This document shows positions 51,909-61,939 of a stretch of 64,000 nucleotides of DNA, one piece after another. The notes beneath the pieces are model-generated. The model was not told where the DNA came from. It saw nothing but the letters and a program-made list of their open reading frames with translations, and searched no databases. Every line of letters begins with the position of its first letter. The stretch's first letter is position 1. The translations under genes were made by a program, and so were the position numbers. Source of the DNA: Candidatus Culexmicrobium cathedralense (lineage in GTDB: Archaea > Thermoproteota > Methanomethylicia > Culexarchaeales > Culexmicrobiaceae); contig JANZKC010000002.1 in assembly GCA_025061115.1 (NCBI GenBank), forward strand, positions 256,001-320,000, written 5' to 3'.

Positions 51909-53475
51909 TTTTAAACACCTCTTTAAAAGCGTAATTAGGCTTTTTGGAGTAGAAAGATCTCAGCTCCTTTACAAAATCCTCATATTCTCTAACACCGCGA
52001 TCATTAAGCTCCTGAAAGAAATTCACTCGACGCTTAATCTCCTCGCAGACTCTCCTCATACTCCAACCCCTTTCGATGCAAATTTGCCCAAGAATACGGC
52101 TTTCAGATACAATTGCCTCAACACTTTTAGGTTCAAAATCATTTATTGATGGAATCCAATTGAAGATCCTCCTGTACTTACCATAATCCTCGATTTCATA
52201 AACACCCACAACTTTCCTGTAAACACCACTTGTAAGCTCAACTCTGCGAACAATTACAGCGCAGTTCATTAAAGGAATATAGCTTGGAGAAACACTCATG
52301 GGTGGAGATGTAAGCCTTTTAATGGCAGCTTCCAGAGAGGCAGCATGCATAGTGCACATGCATCCATGCCCGGTTGCTGCTGCTTGAAATAAAACGTAAG
52401 CTTCCTCACCTCTAATTTCTCCAACAACAATGTAGTCAGGCCTTTTTCTCATTGCCACTTTAACTAAATCGAAAAGAGTTATCTCGCTGATCTTCTCTCC
52501 AACAGCATATGCATGCCTAGTCACAAGAGGCTCCCAACCCTTAACTGGAATCTTAAGTTCAGGAACATCTTCAATGGTTTCAACAGTCCAGTCAGGCTTA
52601 AACAGGGCTCCTAAAGCTGATAGCAATGTGGTCTTGCCAGTTGCAGTTCCACCAATAACAAATATGCTCTTCTTATTTTCAATAAGCATCCAGAAATATG
52701 CTGCCATCAGCGCGCTAAGAGTGTTGAAGTCGTAGATTAGGTGCATGACAGTATACGGCTTCTCCCTGAACTTCCTAATGCAAATGTTAGTCGATCTTTG
52801 ACTGACTTCCCTCCCATAGCATATCGACACTCTATGCTTATCCGGCAGAACAGCATCAACAATTGGAAAGGCTATTGAAACGTGCTTTCCAGCCATGTGC
52901 GCTAACTTGGAAGCCAAGGCATTCATCTCAGCCTCAGTTAAAATCACGTTAGTTGTAAGCCAATCAAGATGCCCAAAGCGCCTATGCCATACAATGAATG
53001 GAAAGCCCGGTCCAACGCACTTGATATCTTCAATATCAGGATCCCTCATTAAGGGCTCGATAGGCCCATACCCCAAATCCCTCTGAACGAAGTATATGAT
53101 GCGATCGATGCTCAGGTCATAGATCGCCTTAAACCCGTAGTCTGCAGCTATCCTTCTAGCTTGAGCTCTGATAAACCTCGCTAAATCAACTTCACATTCA
53201 GGTAGCTCCAACTCGAATCTAAGCAGATTTGACAACTTATGGTAAATTTCAACTTCTACATCTAGCAAGCTCGGCTCATTAATTAAATATAAGCCCTCGC
53301 CACCCCTCTCCGCAATCACAACTTGAACCTGATCATTGCAAACCTTATAGGAATCCAGCACCTCAACACCATCCGAAATGCAAGATCTGAAGACACGTAC
53401 CTCAACTGATGAGGACCGGTCACGCTTATAATCAACTTTTCTGCGAAATTTCAGCTTCAGCATGGAGCGCAGCAC
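51898..53475 (-). CDS. Type II/IV secretion ATPase (ArlI/TadA-like)
   Basis: GYGPIEPLMRDPDIEDI, GGTATGKTT, RPDYIVVGEIRG and TGHG..TMHA. Confidence 0.93.
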   Translation of the reverse strand: MLRSMLKLKFRRKVDYKRDRSSSVEVRVFRSCISDGVEVLDSYKVCNDQVQVVIAERGGEGLYLINEPSLLDVEVEIYHKLSNLLRFELELPECEVDLARFIRAQARRIAADYGFKAIYDLSIDRIIYFVQRDLGYGPIEPLMRDPDIEDIKCVGPGFPFIVWHRRFGHLDWLTTNVILTEAEMNALASKLAHMAGKHVSIAFPIVDAVLPDKHRVSICYGREVSQRSTNICIRKFREKPYTVMHLIYDFNTLSALMAAYFWMLIENKKSIFVIGGTATGKTTLLSALGALFKPDWTVETIEDVPELKIPVKGWEPLVTRHAYAVGEKISEITLFDLVKVAMRKRPDYIVVGEIRGEEAYVLFQAAATGHGCMCTMHAASLEAAIKRLTSPPMSVSPSYIPLMNCAVIVRRVELTSGVYRKVVGVYEIEDYGKYRRIFNWIPSINDFEPKSVEAIVSESRILGQICIERGWSMRRVCEEIKRRVNFFQELNDRGVREYEDFVKELRSFYSKKPNYAFKEVFKIEV

Positions 53476-53566
53476 CAGCCCAAAATCAGAAGCTTCACAA
53501 CGTATTTAAAGCCAACATGAAATGTGAATAGGGCTTTTATACCCAATTAAAATCGAAATTGAGGGC

Positions 53567-54700
53567 ATGATCAAGTCACAACACAAAGAATTAATTCCAA
53601 GAGTAGAGTGGATAGCTCAAAAGCTGCAAGCCTTAGACAGCAAAATAGAAGATCTCACATCAAGACTAACATCACTAGAAGCTGCAATCAGCAAAAGAGC
53701 TGAAATTAAAATTGACGACCTACTAAAAAGCTTAACTGAAACATGTAGCAAAATCGAGGCAGTCGGCAAGCACGTAGATTCGATAAGAAAAACCTCATCA
53801 ACCGCAACGGCATTGATAAGGCAACTCGCAGGCTACAGCTCACAAATAATCGAAGAGCACAGAAAAATACGCGAAATTGCGGCTAAGATTGAAGAGGAGC
53901 GTGAAAAAGCTAAGCTGGCAGCCGAGAAATCAGCCAGGATTAAAGCCTATGAGGAAGTTCTTGAGCTGGCTAAGGAAACTCTAGATAAAATTGAGCAAGT
54001 TAAGATCAACCTAGCTGAGAAACATGGAGCACTAGAAGCACTCCAAGGAGAGGTTTTAAAGAGCGTAGCATCTGTTAGAGAAATAGAGCTTAAAGCCTTA
54101 AACATATTATCAGAAATATCAATTAAAATTGATGAAGCAATTAAAACTGCAAGCAAGCTAGCTGCGCTAGAAGCCTCACAAAGAAAGAAAATTGAAGAAG
54201 AAAAGCTCAAGCTAAGGCAAGCAGAAAAAAGAATTAAGCAGATTCTAGCCGAAAAAGAAAGCCAGCTAAAAAGTTGGAGTGAAGAACTGGCTAAAAGAGA
54301 GGAAAAGATAAGCGAAAAGGAGGCTCTAATTAAAGCTAAGCAGAAGGAACTGGAACAAAAGGAGAAGGAAATTAAAAGGCGTGAAGAAATCATTCTAAAC
54401 TTCATGGAAGAGCTCACTAATAAAATAAAGGAGTATGAAAATGCAATTAAAGTAATCAACACAAGAGCAGCATACCTGGAGCAGATGGAAAGCAGAAAAA
54501 GCGAGCTGGAAAAAACCATTGAAGCTCTACGAGTTCAAAAGGAAGAAGTGGAAGGTGAAATTAACAAATTGAAAAGTGAAGCCGAAGAGCTAAAAATGGA
54601 AATTAAATCGCTGAACGTTAGAGCAGAAAAATTAAAGCAGTTGATAGCTAAAGCAAGGACGGAACTAACACTTGCTACCCCACCCCCAATTAGCTCTTAA
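53567..54700 (+). CDS. Long coiled-coil protein
   Basis: E/K-rich heptad pattern over most of 377 aa; no ATPase motif. Confidence 0.75.
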   Translation: MIKSQHKELIPRVEWIAQKLQALDSKIEDLTSRLTSLEAAISKRAEIKIDDLLKSLTETCSKIEAVGKHVDSIRKTSSTATALIRQLAGYSSQIIEEHRKIREIAAKIEEEREKAKLAAEKSARIKAYEEVLELAKETLDKIEQVKINLAEKHGALEALQGEVLKSVASVREIELKALNILSEISIKIDEAIKTASKLAALEASQRKKIEEEKLKLRQAEKRIKQILAEKESQLKSWSEELAKREEKISEKEALIKAKQKELEQKEKEIKRREEIILNFMEELTNKIKEYENAIKVINTRAAYLEQMESRKSELEKTIEALRVQKEEVEGEINKLKSEAEELKMEIKSLNVRAEKLKQLIAKARTELTLATPPPISS

Positions 54701-55409
54701 AGTCACAAAACTTTTGGCGGAAGAAGCTAAACGCTTAAAGCAAACCCTTAAAGGTAGATTCTACTTTGCCCCAAGGAAAATAGCATCAAGAATAGGCGAA
54801 AACGCCAACGCAAGAAAGATAGGAGCAATACTCCACAGGCTCAAAGAACTAAAAGCAATAAATTACGATAAAAAATTCAAGAAGTACTTCATCGAAGCAA
54901 GCAACATTACAGCACTAAAAGAAATGCTAAACAAACTAAGTAACACGTACCTTTTAGAGTACTATAAGCCTTTAAACCACATTGAGCCTCCAATACTCGT
55001 AATAAACATCAAGGAAAATAGCGGAAAGATGGTGGCACAAGCCAAGCGAGAAGGAATTCTCAAACCAGTGTACATCGTAAAAGGCGAAGCTGAATTCAAA
55101 ATAATATTCAAGCAGTTTAGACAGTCCGGATTCATAATCAAGAAAAATGGAGAGCAAATTTTTAGAGCAAAGCGAAGCGGAATATGCAGCCCACTCCAAG
55201 GAGAATATAATGGAGAAAAATTTCAAATAAAGCGCATTAAAGGCAGAGAGATAAGGCTCACATTTAAAAATGGCAAAAAAGTTGCGGCAACCCTCAAAAG
55301 CTGCGGATTCGAAAAGGCAATATTCTCATACGAGAAGGAAGTTGAAGAAATAGCAGTCCCACTTGCCATAGCAATGTTTGCAATCAAGCAGCTAGACGTC
55401 ATAATTTAA
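54672..55409 (+). CDS. Hypothetical protein (wHTH-like N-terminus, beta-rich C-terminus)
   Basis: PRKIASRI...RKIGAILHRLKELKAI; overlaps the end of the coiled-coil gene. Confidence 0.6.
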   Translation: MLPHPQLALKVTKLLAEEAKRLKQTLKGRFYFAPRKIASRIGENANARKIGAILHRLKELKAINYDKKFKKYFIEASNITALKEMLNKLSNTYLLEYYKPLNHIEPPILVINIKENSGKMVAQAKREGILKPVYIVKGEAEFKIIFKQFRQSGFIIKKNGEQIFRAKRSGICSPLQGEYNGEKFQIKRIKGREIRLTFKNGKKVAATLKSCGFEKAIFSYEKEVEEIAVPLAIAMFAIKQLDVII

Positions 55410-55487
55410 TCAAACGCATTTAAATCCTGCTGGCTGGCAACCAGCGCAATTTCCATACATTTATTCACAACCAAGTGAGGGTGCCAA

Positions 55488-56024
55488 ATGAAATTTAGAA
55501 AAAATCGAAAAGGAGTTAGTGCCATAATAGTCTCCCTACTAATACTCGCAGTATCGCTTGGAATGGCAGCAGCATACGCAGCCATGATGATGGGATGGTT
55601 CGGCGGAGCTAGCGCTGTAGTGAAAATAGACACCTCCGACACCAAAGTAATACTCCACCCATCAACAGGCTACACCAAATTCCAATTAGTAATAAGAAAC
55701 CTTGGAACAGTAACAATGAAAATAAAATTCATAGTAATAGACGTGAAAAGCGGGCAAGGCAACATCACGTTCACTTCACCAATGAAATTCAACTTAATTG
55801 TAAAAGGAATGCAAGTAATTTCAAGCGGAAAAATTTACGGATCATCCGCAGCAGTAGTAGTATCAACCGATGGGAAACTAATTATACCTCCAGGGCAAAG
55901 CGCAACACTATTTGGAGAAGCAGCAAATGGAAAGCCATACTGGGATATAAATGAAAACTACAGGGGCACAATATTCTTTGAGGGAGGAGCAATAGACTTC
56001 AAATATGCCGTTGAAAGCTATTAA
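55488..56024 (+). CDS. Archaeal type IV pilin
   Basis: Class III signal peptide RKNRKG|VSAIIVSLLILAV and IRNLGTV. Confidence 0.85.
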   Translation: MKFRKNRKGVSAIIVSLLILAVSLGMAAAYAAMMMGWFGGASAVVKIDTSDTKVILHPSTGYTKFQLVIRNLGTVTMKIKFIVIDVKSGQGNITFTSPMKFNLIVKGMQVISSGKIYGSSAAVVVSTDGKLIIPPGQSATLFGEAANGKPYWDINENYRGTIFFEGGAIDFKYAVESY

Positions 56025-56027
56025 AAG

Positions 56028-56297
56028 CTAGAATTTAAAATCGCCAAACTCCATCTTTTTCTGAGGTTTGCTCGCCAAGCATAAGCTTAAAAACTTATTC
56101 AAAAGAGCTTTTAAACTAGAAATTTCAAGCTTCATGTAGGTCAGATCCACAATTATGGAATCAATATCATCCCTACTTTCAAGCTTATCCATAATGGAGG
56201 AAACCATAGTTTTAATGGTTGAAACTTCAGCGCCAAGGTTGCTTATAGACTCCTGAATAATTGAAAGTCTCGAAAGTAACTTCTTATCCTTAACCAA
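56028..56297 (-). CDS. Small hypothetical coiled-coil protein
   Basis: 89-aa ORF with a GAGGGG SD. Confidence 0.5.
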   Translation of the reverse strand: MVKDKKLLSRLSIIQESISNLGAEVSTIKTMVSSIMDKLESRDDIDSIIVDLTYMKLEISSLKALLNKFLSLCLASKPQKKMEFGDFKF

Positions 56298-56476
56298 GCT
56301 CCCCTCAGCCTACTACGAAAAATGCAATTTAAATCCTCACTGGAACATGACAGCCATAGAATTCTCAATATTTAAGCCGACAGAAATGCTAAAACACTCA
56401 AGGTTAAGAAAAACTAAGAGAAATAGCAAAGTGAAACTGCTGGAAGCTTCCACATACCTAGCTTGAGGAGGTTAGC

Positions 56477-57532
56477 ATGTCAAGAGTGACGGTCATATAC
56501 TCGGAAAAATACCTAAAACATAGAACAGGAAATCACCCGGAATCACCAGCAAGACTGAAACGGGCCATAGCTACAATTAGGGAGTCAAAGCTCTCAATGC
56601 AAGGACATGTAGAAATCGTGCCGCCGGAAAAGGCAAGCTTAGAGGATGTTGCAAAAGTACATGACAGAAGCTTAATAAATGAAATAAAGGACCTAGCAGA
56701 GCGCGGAGGAGGATTAATCGCTCCAGACACCGTAGTCTCCCCTAATTCCTTTGAAGTAGCATTACTAGCTGCTGGAGGAGCGATCAAGGGAGTAAAGCTA
56801 GCTATAAGGGGAGGAAAAAATAGGATATTCGCTCTAATAAGACCTCCTGGACACCACGCAAGCCATGGCATAGCCAAAGGATTCTGCATCTTCAACAACA
56901 TTGCAATAGCAGCCCACAAAGCACTCGAATTAGGAGTGAAAAGAGTGCTCATTCTAGATTGGGATGCACACCATGGGGACGGGACCCAGAAGATATTTTA
57001 TGAAACGGACAAGGTGCTTTACATATCAACCCACCAAGATGGAAGAACCTTATACCCAGGAACAGGATTCATAAATGAAGTAGGAAGAGAAGAAGGAGAG
57101 GGCTACAACATCAACATACCACTACCCCCAGGGGCAACAGGCACCCAAGCAGTAAAAGCAATAGAGGAAATAGTTCTGCCAATAGTTGACGAGTACAAGC
57201 CAGAAATAGTAATGATATCTGCAGGATACGACGCCCACCACGCAGATATGATATCAGACCTAAAATTCACAACAAACACGTACTACAAGCTAGCTGAAAT
57301 TTCAACATCGATATCAAAGGCACATGCAAACAGCAGGATGATAGCCCTATTAGAGGGAGGATACCACCTAAAATACATGCCGCTATCAGTACTAAACACC
57401 CTATGCGCAATGGCAGAAAAGGAGCCCGAACACACCGAAAATGAGCATTACACTCATCCATCAATAGAAAGATACGTAGAACTTTTAATAAAGAAGATCA
57501 AAAGAGTTTTATCCAAATACTGGTCGCTCTAA
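56477..57532 (+). CDS. Histone deacetylase/AcuC-family Zn deacetylase
   Basis: HPESPAR, RPPGHHA, GFCIFNN, DWDAHHGDGTQ, SAGYDAH and LEGGY. Confidence 0.93.
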   Translation: MSRVTVIYSEKYLKHRTGNHPESPARLKRAIATIRESKLSMQGHVEIVPPEKASLEDVAKVHDRSLINEIKDLAERGGGLIAPDTVVSPNSFEVALLAAGGAIKGVKLAIRGGKNRIFALIRPPGHHASHGIAKGFCIFNNIAIAAHKALELGVKRVLILDWDAHHGDGTQKIFYETDKVLYISTHQDGRTLYPGTGFINEVGREEGEGYNINIPLPPGATGTQAVKAIEEIVLPIVDEYKPEIVMISAGYDAHHADMISDLKFTTNTYYKLAEISTSISKAHANSRMIALLEGGYHLKYMPLSVLNTLCAMAEKEPEHTENEHYTHPSIERYVELLIKKIKRVLSKYWSL

Positions 57533-57551
57533 CTTGAAAGCGGTGAAAGAA

Positions 57552-58742
57552 ATGAGGCGATTTCACATAGCCACCGAAAACGAAATAAAACGAGGAGAAA
57601 CGACCGACGTTTACTTTCAAAGAACAATAAAAATACTCAAATCAAAGGGACTTGACAAAGTTAGGGTAGCCGCAGAAATAACTTCAGGAAAATTGCCGAA
57701 AAACTGGGAGTGGGGAATTTTATGCGGAATTGAAGAAGAAGCCCACCTACTAGAAGGATATCCTGTAAATGTTTATGCAATGCCTGAAGGATCAATATTC
57801 TACCCAGAAAGCCACAATGGAGTTAGAGAGCCAGTCATGATCATCGAAGGACCATACGCTGCATTCGCCCACCTAGAAACAGCAATTTTAGGATTAATCT
57901 GCCAAGCCTCAGGAGTAGCAACAGCCGCAGCCAGAATAAAAAGAGCAGCAGGAGAAAAGCCAGTCTACGCATTTGGAATAAGGAGAATGCACCCAGCAAT
58001 AGCCCCAATGCTGGACAGAGCAGCATACATAGGAGGATTCGATGGAGTTTCGGGAGTCCTTGGAGCAAAACTAATGGGGATAAAGCCTGTAGGAACAATG
58101 CCCCACGCACTAATAATAGTTTTCGACGACCAAGTAAAAGCTTGGAAAGCATTCGACGAAGTAATGCCGCCGGAAGTTCCAAGAGTAGCACTAGTCGACA
58201 CGTACTACGACGAAAAAATCGAAGCACTAATGGCAGCAGAAGCACTAGGAGAAAAACTATTTGCAGTCAGACTAGACACCCCGAAGTCGAGGAGAGGAAA
58301 CTTCGCAGACATAATAAGAGAAGTGAGATGGGAGCTAAACGTCAGAGGATACAAGCACGTAAAAATAATGGTTTCAGGAGGTCTAAACGAAGAAGCAGTA
58401 AAGGCATTAAGCGAAGCAGGCGCAGACGCCTTCGGAGTAGGAACAAGCGTGTCAAACGCCCCAACAATAGACTTCGCAATGGACATAGTTGAAGTTGAAG
58501 GAAAACCAAAAGCAAAAAGAGGAAAAATGAGCGGCAAAAAACAAGTATGGAGATGCCAAAAATGCCTAATAGACATCGTACTCCCGGAAAAAGAGAATAA
58601 ACCTAAATGCCCGAAATGCAAAGAAGAAATGACTCCAATGCTAAAACCACTAATACTAAACGGAAAAATGGTAGCAAAACTCCCAAGTGCACAAGAAATA
58701 CGAGAATACGTCTTAAAGCAGCTACAAAAAATACAAGATTGA
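57552..58742 (+). CDS. pncB: Nicotinate phosphoribosyltransferase
   Basis: TDVYF, FGIRRMHP, GTMPHA, VRLDTP, SGGL and FGVGT. Confidence 0.92.
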   Translation: MRRFHIATENEIKRGETTDVYFQRTIKILKSKGLDKVRVAAEITSGKLPKNWEWGILCGIEEEAHLLEGYPVNVYAMPEGSIFYPESHNGVREPVMIIEGPYAAFAHLETAILGLICQASGVATAAARIKRAAGEKPVYAFGIRRMHPAIAPMLDRAAYIGGFDGVSGVLGAKLMGIKPVGTMPHALIIVFDDQVKAWKAFDEVMPPEVPRVALVDTYYDEKIEALMAAEALGEKLFAVRLDTPKSRRGNFADIIREVRWELNVRGYKHVKIMVSGGLNEEAVKALSEAGADAFGVGTSVSNAPTIDFAMDIVEVEGKPKAKRGKMSGKKQVWRCQKCLIDIVLPEKENKPKCPKCKEEMTPMLKPLILNGKMVAKLPSAQEIREYVLKQLQKIQD

Positions 58743-58831
58743 GCATACCACCAACTCTCAACCAAGTAAAAAGCAAAACAAATCAGCACGCAACATATTA
58801 TAATATAAGACTCCAATTAAACGGTAAATAA

Positions 58832-58910
58832 GGGGCCGTCGTCTAGCTTGGTCTAGGATGCCAGCCTGGGGCGCTGGTGGTCCCGGGTTCAAATCCCGGC
58901 GGCCCCACCA
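58832..58910 (+). tRNA. tRNA-Pro(GGG) with encoded CCA
   Basis: Acceptor GGGGCCG/CGGCCCC, anticodon arm CCAGC CTGGGGC GCTGG, T loop TTCAAAT. Confidence 0.96.
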
Positions 58911-59246
58911 ATTCTTAAACACGGGTATAACTGAAAAGGCGTTTAGCCTAACGTTTCGGTAAACGAAATAAATTGAATAATCACACCATGATGCCCATCA
59001 TAGTTCGATTAATGCACATCCAGAATAGTAGTCTTGTAGATGCCCCAATGATGGAAATGCACCAATTGGATAAAGTTGAAATGTAAAAATCATGCAACTT
59101 TAAGGCAATTAGGAAATGGCAGTTCCCGCTATGACTAGTCTTAAGTTATGTGATTGAGCTGTAAAAAGATTAGAAAAGCCTGGAGATCCGAAAATTGTAA
59201 ACGATAAATATGGATTTTTACACATCAAGTTGAGGAGGGTATTTAG

Positions 59247-60005
59247 ATGGTTTATATTGATGCTCACACCCACTTTGGTAAAAAGGGTAAGGGTTTGCCT
59301 CCCAATACCCCTGAGGAACGTATAAAGGTGATGGATGAAATAGGTATGGATGCTATGATTACCTGTCCACCTTATGCATCGATATCAAGAGATAGGACTT
59401 ATGATGATGCAAATAAATTCATATTGGATGTTATGAGGAAGTATCCTGGGAGATTTTTTGGTTTAGCTAGAATTAATCCGCATTTTAGGAAAAAGGCTGT
59501 AAAGAGGGCGGAAAGAGCGTTAAGGGAGGGTTTTTGGGGAATTAAATTTCATCCACGTAATGAAGCTTTCCCAATAAATAGTAGGGAGCTGGTATTTCCA
59601 ATAATGGAGAAGGTGGAGGAGTATGGGGGGCTTGTTTTGTTTCATACTGGGGAGATAGTGTATTCTCATCCGACGCTTGTTGGTGATGTGGCTGATCATT
59701 TTCCCGATATCCCCATTATAATTGGTCATTTGGGAGGAGCATTTTATGATGATGCAATTTTAGTTGCAAAGTGGTTTGATAATGTCTTTTTGGAGACATC
59801 CTTCTGTAAGGGTGTGCATGTCATTGAGAAGGCAGTTGAGGTTGCTGGAGCTGAGAAAGTCATATATGGATCAGACTATCCTCAAGGGTGCATTGAAGTG
59901 GAAACTTTGAAGATTGAATTAGCAAATATTTCAAAGCGAGATAAAGAACTTATTCTTGGAAGGAATATTCAGAGAATACTTGATGGTATTAGGAAAATGA
60001 GGTGA
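59247..60005 (+). CDS. Amidohydrolase_2 family metallohydrolase (paralog of 10166-10927)
   Basis: IDAHTH, GIKFH, HTGE, IGHLG and YGSDYP. Confidence 0.88.
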   Translation: MVYIDAHTHFGKKGKGLPPNTPEERIKVMDEIGMDAMITCPPYASISRDRTYDDANKFILDVMRKYPGRFFGLARINPHFRKKAVKRAERALREGFWGIKFHPRNEAFPINSRELVFPIMEKVEEYGGLVLFHTGEIVYSHPTLVGDVADHFPDIPIIIGHLGGAFYDDAILVAKWFDNVFLETSFCKGVHVIEKAVEVAGAEKVIYGSDYPQGCIEVETLKIELANISKRDKELILGRNIQRILDGIRKMR

Positions 60006-60814
60006 ATGGTGTGTTAGTTATAGATGCTTTAACTTACATTGGTGAGAGCATATATTTTAGGAGTAAGAAGTTTACTGCAGAAGACCTCATTAAAAAGATG
60101 GATAGAAACGGAATAGATTTAGCAATAGTGACGGCGCCTCCTCCAGGACCAAACTATCAAGAAGCCAATAAAACTGTCTATGAAGCAGTTAAAAAGTATC
60201 CTAATAGACTGATTGGCTTTTATAGAATTAATCCATGGTTTGGAAAAGTGGAATTAGAGAAAGCAGAAATTGCTGTTAGAGAGTGGAAGTTCAAGGGATT
60301 CATGCTTGATCCTAGAAATGAATCTTTCTACGTTATGAGCCCAGCAATAATAAGTATCTTTAGTGCTACAGCAGTGAGACGCCAAATAGTAGAGCCAGTG
60401 ATGGAGTTAGCTAGTAGGCTTAAAGTGCCCGTCTTCTTCAATTTGGATGATACCATGGATCTCGATTTCTGCACGCCAGAATCATTAGCTCTTTTGGCTG
60501 CTTCATATCCAGATGTGACTTTAATGATGAGACACACATACTTGGCCTTGAGTCTTGCTTTAAATCCTCGTCTTGCTGATGATTTAAAGAACATCGTCTT
60601 TGGAACATATCCACTTGTTGGAGGACACAAGGGAGTAGATAAATTCTTGAAGGCAATAGGAAGAGTCATAGACCCAAGTAGAGTGGTCTTCACAACCGAA
60701 ATGCCCTTCGGATGCCCCGAACTGGAACTAAAAATCATTGAATTGTCAAAGCTTGATGAAGAAATTAGAAAACGCATAATGGGAGAAAATATAAGAAGTA
60801 TTTTAAAGCTTTAA
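60002..60814 (+). CDS. Degenerate amidohydrolase-fold protein (paralog of 9414-10163)
   Basis: IDALTYIGESIYF; metal ligands absent. Confidence 0.8.
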   Translation: MNGVLVIDALTYIGESIYFRSKKFTAEDLIKKMDRNGIDLAIVTAPPPGPNYQEANKTVYEAVKKYPNRLIGFYRINPWFGKVELEKAEIAVREWKFKGFMLDPRNESFYVMSPAIISIFSATAVRRQIVEPVMELASRLKVPVFFNLDDTMDLDFCTPESLALLAASYPDVTLMMRHTYLALSLALNPRLADDLKNIVFGTYPLVGGHKGVDKFLKAIGRVIDPSRVVFTTEMPFGCPELELKIIELSKLDEEIRKRIMGENIRSILKL

Positions 60815-60870
60815 ATTCTATCAAATATATATTTGCGACAAGTCGGAATTCTCCCAGCCTTCAAAACCTA

Positions 60871-61935
60871 TCACTTCACATCAGCCCATAAGTGACATGC
60901 AAGATAATGATCATTTTTTACTTCAATCATCTCCGGCTCCTTCACTCTGCAAATCTCCTTTGCATATGGGCACCTAGGATGAAATCTACATCCTAATGGA
61001 GGATTTACTGGACTTGGAACTTCGCCCTTCAATAATATTCTCTTTCTCCTTGCTGTAGGGTCAGGCACTGGTATTGCTGAAATGAGGGCTTTGGTATAGG
61101 GATGAAGAGGGTTATTAAAAAGCTCTTTAGTTGACGCCAACTCAATTACCTTACCTAAATACATGACTGCAACTCTATCACTTATACATTCAACAACGCT
61201 TAAGTCATGGCTTATGAATAGATATGTTAGATTTAATTTTTCCTGTAAATCTTTGAAGAGCTCCAGCAATTTTGCCCTTACAGATACATCTACTGAGGAA
61301 GTGGGCTCATCCAGCACTACAAAATCTGGATGTGTTATTAATGCTCTTGCAATAGCTATTCTTTGCCTCTGACCACCGCTAAATTCATGAGGATATCTTC
61401 TTAAATGCATCTTTGTAAGGCCGACCATCTCCAGTATTTCCAACACTCTTTCTTCAATTTCACTTTTCTTGGCTAACTTATGTACGATTAATGGTTCAGC
61501 AACTATATCCTTAATGAACATTCTTGGATTTAATGATGTTCTTGGATCTTGAAAGACTATCTGCATTCTCCTTCTCAGATTTTTAAGCTTATGTTCCTTA
61601 AAAGTCGTTATATCATATTTGTTTAAGTATTCCCTAAGCTTTTCTCTTGCCTCCATACTATCATCATTCATGAGTTCATCAATTTCATCTAACACTTCAG
61701 GTGGAGCGTCGAAAAATATGTGTCCAGATGTTGGCTTTAAAAGCATCAGTATCGTTTTCCCAAGAGTTGTTTTCCCACATCCAGACTCCCCTACAAGCCC
61801 TAGGCATTCGCCCTTGAATATTGTTAAATTTACATCATCAACGGCTTTAACGTATTCCTTACTTTTTTTGATAATGCCTCCAGTAATGATTTCATAATAT
61901 TTTTTTAGGTTATATGTCTTTATTAGTGGCCTCAT
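60871..61935 (-). CDS. Oligo/dipeptide ABC transporter ATPase (OppF/DppF-like)
   Basis: GESGCGKT, FSGGQRQR, HPYT and GCRFHPRC. Confidence 0.92.
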   Translation of the reverse strand: MRPLIKTYNLKKYYEIITGGIIKKSKEYVKAVDDVNLTIFKGECLGLVGESGCGKTTLGKTILMLLKPTSGHIFFDAPPEVLDEIDELMNDDSMEAREKLREYLNKYDITTFKEHKLKNLRRRMQIVFQDPRTSLNPRMFIKDIVAEPLIVHKLAKKSEIEERVLEILEMVGLTKMHLRRYPHEFSGGQRQRIAIARALITHPDFVVLDEPTSSVDVSVRAKLLELFKDLQEKLNLTYLFISHDLSVVECISDRVAVMYLGKVIELASTKELFNNPLHPYTKALISAIPVPDPTARRKRILLKGEVPSPVNPPLGCRFHPRCPYAKEICRVKEPEMIEVKNDHYLACHLWADVK

Positions 61936-61939
61936 AAAT

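Noticed and set aside
57841-58831. Several overlapping ORFs within pncB, and similar antisense ORFs across the housekeeping genes
   Set aside because: Shadow ORFs caused by strong codon bias, with low-complexity translations.
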